NCBI GenBank assembly: GCA_031372065.1
Contig: JANMKN010000039.1
Location: 1 to 13,540 of the forward strand
Reading direction: 5' to 3'
Length of the DNA: 13,540 nucleotides
Source of the DNA: Abditibacteriaceae bacterium
GTDB lineage: Bacteria > Armatimonadota > Abditibacteriia > Abditibacteriales > Abditibacteriaceae
Shown here: in pieces, positions 1 through 6,613 of the stretch
Numbering within the stretch: the stretch's first letter is position 1
Layout of the letters: each line of letters opens with the position of its first letter
Translations under genes and position numbers: made by a program
Notes under the pieces: generated by a model
Databases searched by the model: none
Told to the model about the DNA's origin: nothing
Seen by the model: only the letters and a program-made list of their open reading frames with translations

Positions 1-2272
1 TGGGTCTCCTGCCGGGTGAGTCGAACGTTCCGGGAACGGCCAGTGTGTCATCCAAACGATGCAACACGCGCGCTGTCAGGAAGATAATCAAATCTTCATC
101 GCGTTCGCTCTTATCCAAACTTTTGAATAACCTTCCTATAATAGGAATGTTGCTGAGGAACGGAATTTTGTTTTGCGTATTCTGAATGGATTTGTTACGC
201 AGACCACCTAAGGCGATGGTATCACCATCGCGGACAATCGCCACGGTGTTGACGAACTGTGAACTGACAGTTGGCACAGGGTTGCTGGGCGTTGGTGTGC
301 CCTGCTGCTGAACTTGAGGTTGCATCAAAACCGTGATCGTGCCATCTCCATTGATCGTAGGCGTCACGGTCAAGCCGATGCTGGTCTGAATCTGGAAGGG
401 CACTTGTGCTGTCGCAACGACGTTGTTGCCGTTGCCACCTGCGTTGATTGCTGACTGCGGCAACAAAATTGTTGTAATCGTTTGCGATTGCAAACTGGCC
501 GTTAAGTTATTGATTGCCACAACGCGAGGCGCTGTCACAATTTTAGCGCGGGCTTGTGTGACCAGATTATTTATCGTCACTTGAAAATTCCGGTTGACAA
601 TGCCGAGGTTTGTGCTCCCGGTCACCCCACCGGGGTTCGTCGTGCTGGATATGGTGAATGGCAAAGCAGATCCAGAAAAATCAAGACCAAAAAATTTGGC
701 ATCCGAGTTCGTCAAAGTCACGAATTGGGCTTCAATCTCCACTTGTTTGAGCGGCTGGTCAATTAAGTCAATTAATTGTTGCAGTTCTTCAACCGCTTCA
801 GCGGTGCCACGCACCAATAAGGAGTTCTGAGCGTCAATCGCAACCATCGAATCTATGCCAGTAGGCAAATCAAAGACACCTTGAAATTGTTGTCCGCCTT
901 GTCCACCACCAAGTCCACCTTGTCCCTGCCGCCCGCCTTGACCTTGTCGGCCACCTTGTCCCTGCCGCCCGCCCCCGCCTTGTCCCTGCCGACCACCAAA
1001 CTGTGGACTGGCTTGCATAAAAGGACGCTGTCCCCACGGATTAGAGTTGACAACTTCACTGGTCCACACATTGTTTTGCCCTCTTAATTGCTTAACCAAT
1101 TGGGAATCCTTATCAGGAAACGCTTTTATTGGCCCCCACCAACTAAAATCAGTCGGACGATTTCGTCCTCCCACCTGTGAGGGAACGCCTCCATAAATTG
1201 GCATACCATTAGAAGTGCCAATCATATAGGGGCTGGCCGTGTTGTAAGCCATGCCATTGGGAGCATAAGGCGTTCCATAAGACTGTGGATAGGGAGCGGG
1301 ATAACCATAATCGCCATACCCACCTTGCCCCGGATACGGATAGGCCCCAGGATACGCTGAACCATGACCATAAGCACTGTCCAACAAGCCGAAATCCTGC
1401 TGGTTTGCAGCGGGTCGCAATGTTCTCTCGTCACGGGCTGCTCGTCTGGCATCATCTGATCGCTGCGTAGCCAAGTCCGGCGGATTATTGGCCGGATCTA
1501 TCCAATAGGCAATCATAGTCGGCGTCACGTTTTTGATTTTGATAACGTTCGTCCTGATGCCGCGTTTTTTTACTTCTTCTTGCTTGTAAAGTTCAGGAAT
1601 ACCCTGAAAGTCCTTGGGCAGAAGAAGTGTGCCATCTTGCGTGCTTATCATACCTCTTGCTGCATCAATGGCACCGGGCGGTGGTGGAAAATCGGGAGAA
1701 AATCCAGCGGGCACACTGCTGTTGCCGTTTGCACCAGTGGAGCCATTTCGCGCACCTGATTGAGCATAGTTACGATATTTGAGTTGCAATTCAGGCGGCA
1801 AATCTTCGAGAATGCGCGCCACGACATATTGCTCGCCGCGCTTGCCCCAGAACAATCCCGCATCCGAGGCTACACGTTCGATGGCTTCGTCTGCTGTCAC
1901 ATTCTTGTAACGCACAAACTTGAGTGTGCCGCCCACATCGCCGCGAATTGCGATTTCAACGCCACCTAATTTGGCAATTTGAATTAACAAATCCGTAACC
2001 GGAATATCTTGAAATTCAATTTCCACTTTTGGCGTCATTAAAGACTGCATTGCAGCTACGCCATTGTTGTTAATATCCGCCGGAATCGGCAGATTTGCTC
2101 CGGGAGGAGCAGGGGCTTGTGCTTTTGATACAGGCACCATCAACAACGGCAACACGCAAAGCGTGGTCAGCGAAACCGCGCTTGCCCAAGAACCGGCGCA
2201 TTTGGAGCCTGCTGGCTGTAAATGTGCCAGAGATGCTCGTGTGGGATGCAATGACATCAGCGTTGAACGCAT
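1..2272 (-). CDS. pilQ: Outer-membrane secretin (PilQ/GspD family), 3'-partial, at least 757 aa
   Basis: Hand translation from ATG at 2272 (SD-like GAGGAG 5 nt upstream) stays open to the window edge. It shows a signal-peptide-like region (..LCVLPLLMVPVSKA/QAP), an STN/N0-like domain (VEIEFQDIPVTDLLIQIAKLGGVEIAIRGDVGG), and the N3 second half (AIDAQNSLLVRGTAEAVEELQQLIDLIDQPLKQVEIEAQFV). Secretin core motifs follow: AKIVTAPRVVAINNLTASL, GLTVTPTINGDGTI, VRDGDTIALGGL, KIPFLSNIPIIGRLF, DLIIFLTARV. The pilQ rather than gspD label is inferred from the pilMNOP context. Confidence 0.93.
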   Translation of the reverse strand, partial: MRSTLMSLHPTRASLAHLQPAGSKCAGSWASAVSLTTLCVLPLLMVPVSKAQAPAPPGANLPIPADINNNGVAAMQSLMTPKVEIEFQDIPVTDLLIQIAKLGGVEIAIRGDVGGTLKFVRYKNVTADEAIERVASDAGLFWGKRGEQYVVARILEDLPPELQLKYRNYAQSGARNGSTGANGNSSVPAGFSPDFPPPPGAIDAARGMISTQDGTLLLPKDFQGIPELYKQEEVKKRGIRTNVIKIKNVTPTMIAYWIDPANNPPDLATQRSDDARRAARDERTLRPAANQQDFGLLDSAYGHGSAYPGAYPYPGQGGYGDYGYPAPYPQSYGTPYAPNGMAYNTASPYMIGTSNGMPIYGGVPSQVGGRNRPTDFSWWGPIKAFPDKDSQLVKQLRGQNNVWTSEVVNSNPWGQRPFMQASPQFGGRQGQGGGGRQGQGGRQGQGGRQGQGGLGGGQGGQQFQGVFDLPTGIDSMVAIDAQNSLLVRGTAEAVEELQQLIDLIDQPLKQVEIEAQFVTLTNSDAKFFGLDFSGSALPFTISSTTNPGGVTGSTNLGIVNRNFQVTINNLVTQARAKIVTAPRVVAINNLTASLQSQTITTILLPQSAINAGGNGNNVVATAQVPFQIQTSIGLTVTPTINGDGTITVLMQPQVQQQGTPTPSNPVPTVSSQFVNTVAIVRDGDTIALGGLRNKSIQNTQNKIPFLSNIPIIGRLFKSLDKSERDEDLIIFLTARVLHRLDDTLAVPGTFDSPGRRP
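893..1000 (-). repeat. Coding tandem repeats encoding GRQGQG/GGQ units inside the secretin
   Basis: Repeated CCTTGTCCCTGCCG(CCC) on the + strand translates to FGGRQGQGGGGRQGQGGRQGQGGRQGQGGLGGGQGGQ. Confidence 0.85.
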
Positions 2273-2330
2273 TAAATCTCCTCAGTTCGACTCAAAACTT
2301 CAAAATTTCTTACAGGAACAGCACAACTTA

Positions 2331-2367
2331 TAAAAGGAGAAGTGCTGGGCAATCCAGCACTTCTCTT
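2331..2367 (-). terminator. Intrinsic-terminator-like hairpin between the secretin-N-only gene and the secretin
   Basis: Perfect 12-bp inverted repeat GAGAAGTGCTGG (2337-2348) / CCAGCACTTCTC (2354-2365) with a 5-nt loop. It is followed by CTTTTAT on the minus strand and TTGATTTTT on the plus strand. Confidence 0.7.
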
Positions 2368-2423
2368 GATTTTTCTACACAAAACGCATCGCGATTCGGT
2401 TGATGAGTAGCCTCAGTCACGGA

Positions 2424-3473
2424 TTAAAAGCCAAAGCCGCCACCACCGCCACCAAAGCCGCCACCACCGCCACCAAAGCCGCCGCCACCTTGTCCGCCAA
2501 AGCCACCGCCACCTTGTCCGCCAAAACCACCGCCGCCACCTTGTCCGCCAAAGCCACCGCCGCCACCTTGTCCGCCAAAGCCGCCGCCACCTTGTCCGCC
2601 ACCAAAACCGCCCTGCCCACCTTGGCCGCCGCCAGCTGGCATGACAAAAATTTCAGTAGGAATGGTTTCTGTATCTTTAAACAAAGCCGCCACACCACGC
2701 GCCGGAATATGCTTAACCGTGAGGATGCGGAATGATTTTTCTTCTCCGCTATCCGCCGCTGCTGCTCCCCCGCCACCGAATGAAGGCAAAGTTTGCCGAT
2801 TGGTAAAGGTATTAACCTGCGGGCGAGTCCCCCCGCCAAAAGGATTCGTCGGTGTGCCATTGGAACGCCCACCAAAGCCAGAGCCGCTTTGCATACTGCT
2901 GGATGACCCGCCGGGCGAACTACCACTGAAACCACCACGAGGACTGCCAGATGAGCCGCCACTGAAACCACCACTGAAACCACCACGCCCGCCACGCCCA
3001 CCTCGTCCGCCAGAGCTACCAGATTCTTCGGATGAAAACTCGCCGCCTGCGCCCTGCTGAAATTGTTGGGGAAAACGAGGTTCGATGACCCATGTGCCAC
3101 CTTCGTTCTTGTAGAACTTGAAGTTGTAGGTAGAGGTCAACTGGCGCACAATGCTGGGCCAGTCGTGATTGGGAAAAGTCGAACTGCTGATGTTCACACC
3201 TTTAGCAGAATCGTCTATGATGTGCGCTGGGTTGCCAGCCGCTTTGAACACCATTTCCAACGCATCCGCTAAGGTGGCGTCTTTGAGTTCAACAAAGAAG
3301 CGCAACTGTCCGGCGGGCTGATTGCCAGCATCAGCGGCGGCTGGTTCCACAGCACCTTGAGCCATCGCGGGCAGACCGCCCATGCACAAAGCAGCAAGCA
3401 CCGCAATGGGTGAAGCCACGGCCAGCAAAACGCTGGTTTTGGGGAGACGCGAACCTTTCTGTTTCATGTTCAT
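2424..3473 (-). CDS. Exported protein with a secretin STN/N0-like domain, half of an N-type domain and Gly/Phe-rich low-complexity tracts; no beta-barrel (~349 aa)
   Basis: Start moved from 3560 to ATG 3473 because of the upstream SD GAGAGGA. Sec signal MNMKQKGSRLPKTSVLLAVASPIAVLAALCMGGLPAMA/QG. STN-like FFVELKDATLADALEMVFKAAG...WPSIVRQLTSTYNFKFYKNEGGTWVIEP. N-domain-like beta-alpha SFRILTVKHIPARGVAALF. Ends (GGGGFGGQ)n...GFGF-stop. Confidence 0.8.
   Translation of the reverse strand: MNMKQKGSRLPKTSVLLAVASPIAVLAALCMGGLPAMAQGAVEPAAADAGNQPAGQLRFFVELKDATLADALEMVFKAAGNPAHIIDDSAKGVNISSSTFPNHDWPSIVRQLTSTYNFKFYKNEGGTWVIEPRFPQQFQQGAGGEFSSEESGSSGGRGGRGGRGGFSGGFSGGSSGSPRGGFSGSSPGGSSSSMQSGSGFGGRSNGTPTNPFGGGTRPQVNTFTNRQTLPSFGGGGAAAADSGEEKSFRILTVKHIPARGVAALFKDTETIPTEIFVMPAGGGQGGQGGFGGGQGGGGFGGQGGGGGFGGQGGGGGFGGQGGGGFGGQGGGGFGGGGGGFGGGGGGFGF
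2427..2640 (-). repeat. Coding tandem repeats (about 21-27 bp units) encoding GG(G)GFGGQ / GGGGGF
   Basis: Multiple near-identical copies of GCCACCTTGTCCGCCAAA and GCCACCACCGCCACCAAA on the + strand. Confidence 0.9.
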
Positions 3474-3555
3474 GTAACTTTTCCTCTCGACAACCTTCAA
3501 CACAATTTTGTGACGTGGGATATTCAATGTTTTGACAAACGGCTCTGAATTTCTT

Positions 3556-3600
3556 GGCATTTGACTACCAATAATACCGGCCTTTGACTACCACCGATAC
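3556..3600. promoter_or_regulatory. Tandem 22-bp direct repeat with a 23-bp period; candidate transcription-factor site upstream of the secretin-N-only gene
   Basis: GGCATTTGACTACCAATAATAC (3556-3577) and GGCCTTTGACTACCACCGATAC (3579-3600) share an identical 11-bp core TTTGACTACCA. They lie in a ~220-bp intergenic gap. Confidence 0.45.
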
Positions 3601-3695
3601 TCGCCGCAGTTTACCAATCAAATCAACAACTCACAACCATTGGTGTCTTATTGCCACAAATGGTCTCTACTCAGCCCAGCTTCCGCCCTATGATT

Positions 3696-4709
3696 TTATG
3701 GAAAGGTCGGACGATTGCCTCCACCACGGCCAAAGCCGCCCGAAGACCCTCCACCAAAACCACCCGGAGGAGCGCTTCCAGAGCCACCGCGACCAAATCC
3801 ACCTCGTCCACTTCCAGAAGGAGTTGAAGAACCCCCCTCAAAACCTTCCCCACCTGCATTGGCAGTAGGAGGAGTTGGGGCAGCACGCAAATCAATATAC
3901 CGTTCCTGATCGCCTTCGAGAACATACATACGCGTTACGGGGCGACCATTCTCAAACTCGCGGTTAATGCGCAGAATTTTTATGCCATCCACCTCGTCAC
4001 CCGGCTGCACTACGCGTGTGATGACTTGAGCGGCTCCACCGCCATCTCCGCCACCTTCGCCACCTCCACCGCCTGCATTGCCTTGTTGAATTTCCAGCAA
4101 AGCACGCACTGAGTCTCCAATGATGACGCCAGCAAGACGTTTATCGGCAGAACGTGCAGCAGTGTCGGTGCCGCGCGCGACAACAGGAACCACCCAACGG
4201 GGACCGGGCAAAGGATTATATCGAGAAATGCGGGGACTCGGCAAACCCACCAGAACAGTGCTGGGTGGAGCGCCAACAGGCGCGCGAGAAGGCAAACTTA
4301 TAGGCGGCGGCGGCGGAATCACAACCGCAGGCGGAACCGGTGTAGGCGCTTGTTCCGGCGGAGGCGTTGGCACATAAACAGGCGCAAATGGGTCGGGGCG
4401 GCTGGGAGCCAATGGCACACGTTCCGGCACCGGAATACTGGGGCCAGACGCAGGCCTTACCACAGTCGCCCCAGTTTGTGGGACAGCAGCGATTTTTTTA
4501 GACGCAGGGTTGAGAGGTTTACCAGCCGTAGAAGTGCTTGCACCACGCCCTGAGCCAACAGTTTGGGCCGTGGCTATGCTACCCGCAGTGAGTGAAATGC
4601 TGTAACTGCTACCGGGACGCAGCGCCACAAAGCCCAAAATAATCAGGCAACCGGCGAATCCCAACAGGATGGAAAGTTTTTGTTTTTGATCACTACTTAA
4701 ATTTGTCAT
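3696..4709 (-). CDS. pilP: PilP/GspC-like inner-membrane-anchored pilus assembly protein
   Basis: Fourth gene after pilMNO. It has an N-terminal hydrophobic segment, an RPDPF motif (cf. the PilP RDPF motif), a Pro-rich linker, a PilP/HR-like beta domain (RLAGVIIGDSVRALLEI...RVVQPGDEVDGIKILRIN) and a Gly/Phe/Arg-rich tail. Confidence 0.65.
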   Translation of the reverse strand: MTNLSSDQKQKLSILLGFAGCLIILGFVALRPGSSYSISLTAGSIATAQTVGSGRGASTSTAGKPLNPASKKIAAVPQTGATVVRPASGPSIPVPERVPLAPSRPDPFAPVYVPTPPPEQAPTPVPPAVVIPPPPPISLPSRAPVGAPPSTVLVGLPSPRISRYNPLPGPRWVVPVVARGTDTAARSADKRLAGVIIGDSVRALLEIQQGNAGGGGGEGGGDGGGAAQVITRVVQPGDEVDGIKILRINREFENGRPVTRMYVLEGDQERYIDLRAAPTPPTANAGGEGFEGGSSTPSGSGRGGFGRGGSGSAPPGGFGGGSSGGFGRGGGNRPTFP

Positions 4710-4732
4710 GAGAATTTCCCAATGCCTTAGCC

Positions 4733-5572
4733 TTATGGCGCGCCAGTCGCTGCCGGAGCGCCTGTGTTCGGAGGCGCTCCGCCCGCAGCACCAGCGGCAC
4801 CACCCGCAGGCGCCGTCGCAGCAGCACCAGATAATACCACTCCATCTCCCTTAACTAACAAGTAAGGCTGCACGGTAAAAGTGGCAGTAATGCGCGGCGA
4901 TGAACCAGCTAATCTGAGGGAACTGCCAACTTTCATCAAAATCTGACCTGTGTGAATGATGCGAAAAAATGCCAGAATATGATCAAGGCTACCTGTGATT
5001 TCCACAGGCAATGAGGCATCACCTGTGGGTTTATAGTAACCATTGGGAGGAATAGTGAGGTCTTCTGGACCTTTTGGCGGGTCTTGCACCGCAATTGTTA
5101 TCTTGTCCCAGTTGGCTAATTGAACGCCGCTTGCATCTGCGGCGCCTCTCAGTTCTCCTATCAGGCGTGGCCCATAATCGTAGCTAAACTCCTGCATTTG
5201 CTTGCGCCAGATGATTTCCTGATAGGCCTTGAATTGCTTGTCGTTGTATTTCGGAGTGCCATCAGACTTTTTGGGCGGGCCGCTTTGCGACCACTCACCA
5301 TAATCAAAAGCCCGATAACGGTTGCGAAAATAAGCAAGTTGCGTCTTGAGGTGAATCTCTTTCTCTTCGGCAGCGGCCAACGCTTGCTTGGCTGACGCTA
5401 AAGTCTTGGCTTGGTCTTGCAGTTGCTGAAACTCACCGTTTACCTTGAATAATTCTTCATTCTGTGGCTTCATAAGCAGCATAAACCATGCCGCGCCCAT
5501 GCCAATCAGCAGGAACGTGCCCAAACCCAAAATGACGCCAAGCCAGATTTTTAATTTCTTTTCTTTGGACAT
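4733..5572 (-). CDS. pilO: PilO-like type IV pilus assembly protein
   Basis: Short basic N-terminus, one TM helix, a coiled-coil-like segment and a C-terminal ferredoxin-like pattern (LPVEITGSLDHILAFFRII...ITATFTVQPY). It directly follows pilN. Confidence 0.75.
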   Translation of the reverse strand: MSKEKKLKIWLGVILGLGTFLLIGMGAAWFMLLMKPQNEELFKVNGEFQQLQDQAKTLASAKQALAAAEEKEIHLKTQLAYFRNRYRAFDYGEWSQSGPPKKSDGTPKYNDKQFKAYQEIIWRKQMQEFSYDYGPRLIGELRGAADASGVQLANWDKITIAVQDPPKGPEDLTIPPNGYYKPTGDASLPVEITGSLDHILAFFRIIHTGQILMKVGSSLRLAGSSPRITATFTVQPYLLVKGDGVVLSGAAATAPAGGAAGAAGGAPPNTGAPAATGAP

Positions 5573-5629
5573 TGGTTTTCTGTTGACACTTTTTCAACGA
5601 ATTTAGACGTTCAGACCTTTTTCAATTAA

Positions 5630-6406
5630 TTATTGGATAGGTGTTGGGCTGCTACTGCCACCGGCAGGAGCGCCACCACTACCACCAGTAGGCGTGCTAC
5701 CACCAGCAGGCGCCGCGCCGGGTTGCCCCGGTGCAGCAGCAACGGCTGCTTCTCCCAAAGCCAAAGGCGTTTCAAATTTCAAAGGTTCCGTGAGTGAAGT
5801 CGAAATATTCACATTCAAGGGAAACGGTTGCTCAACCAGTTGACCAAAACTGGCAAAGGGAATATTGGGCAAAGGCACTTTGGGATAACCGGGAGCGCCA
5901 CTGGCTTTTGGCTCTGCATCGAAAATCGCAGGCCTCGCCGATGGTGGTTGATGTCCAGTCCACCCCTTGCGCAAATTGAGCAGCAAGTTGGCATAGTGTT
6001 CTGTGTCTGTGACAGCAGCCGTTATGTTGACACTTTTGCCATCGGGAATATCAATCACGGAAACCAGTGAATCTTTGTTGATATACCACCTTAACATATT
6101 GATGACCGCCGCCCGGCGCGGCCCGGTTTGTGAGGCATCAGAGCAGAATTTGACGCTGGTCGCCATAGGAATCAGCGACGCGTCCTTGTCATCGGCCAAT
6201 TTCTTGGTGTCAGCGGCTTTTTGGGCTATGGGCCGATACAACTCGGTATTGGCTTTGGCGGTCTTAACTTCCTTGGTTTTGGCGTCCCAAACCAAGGTGA
6301 AGGCAGTGCCTGCGATCACATAAATAACGAACATGAAGAGCGCCGCAACCTTGACTTTGCGCCGTAAGCCAACGTATTGAGGTAAAAGATCAATTTGAAT
6401 TGCCAT
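5630..6406 (-). CDS. pilN: PilN-like type IV pilus assembly protein
   Basis: N-terminal IQIDLLP (a variant of the PilM-binding INLLP motif), a basic patch, one TM helix, a helical stalk and a C-terminal domain (VNITAAV...YANLLLNL). It follows pilM. Confidence 0.8.
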   Translation of the reverse strand: MAIQIDLLPQYVGLRRKVKVAALFMFVIYVIAGTAFTLVWDAKTKEVKTAKANTELYRPIAQKAADTKKLADDKDASLIPMATSVKFCSDASQTGPRRAAVINMLRWYINKDSLVSVIDIPDGKSVNITAAVTDTEHYANLLLNLRKGWTGHQPPSARPAIFDAEPKASGAPGYPKVPLPNIPFASFGQLVEQPFPLNVNISTSLTEPLKFETPLALGEAAVAAAPGQPGAAPAGGSTPTGGSGGAPAGGSSSPTPIQ

Positions 6407-6444
6407 GTCAAGCGAAAACTACGTTGAATGTTTTGGTTTCGACT

Positions 6445-6549
6445 GCTGTGTTCTTCAGTTTTCGGTGTGTTTGAGATTAGCAAATTAGACATATCGCGAC
6501 AAAAAGAGTCGTGATACCTTGCTAATACCGACACTAATCCCAACACAGC
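6445..6549. other. Long nested imperfect inverted repeat (structured RNA/DNA element) in the pilM-pilN gap
   Basis: Four nested arm pairs: GCTGTGTT 6445-6452 / AACACAGC 6542-6549; TCGGT 6462-6466 / ACCGA 6527-6531; ATTAGCAA 6476-6483 / TTGCTAAT 6519-6526; TATCGCGAC 6492-6500 / GTCGTGATA 6508-6516 (one G-T). Confidence 0.55.
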
Positions 6550-6613
6550 CAGACTTGCCTTCATAGTTTGCCGCGAATCACTGATTTCGGCTACTTTTGA
6601 AGGCTAATTCGGG

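Noticed and set aside
554..2403. Short ORFs listed across the secretin region
   Set aside because: All overlap the continuous secretin frame, which the ORF track missed because its stop lies outside the window.
2273..2426. Frameshift or readthrough fusing the STN-only gene to the secretin
   Set aside because: There is a 151-bp gap with a hairpin, and the secretin has its own SD, signal peptide and N0 domain.
2417..3100. 227-aa minus-strand ORF and the plus-strand ORFs 2400-2735 and 2641-3060
   Set aside because: These are shadow frames of the Gly-codon repeats (Val/Ala- or Pro/Thr-rich) overlapping the better-supported gene.
6316..6564. 82-aa minus-strand ORF in the pilM-pilN gap
   Set aside because: It overlaps the pilN 5' end by 91 nt in another frame and has no clear SD or recognisable motif; a leader-ORF role cannot be fully excluded.
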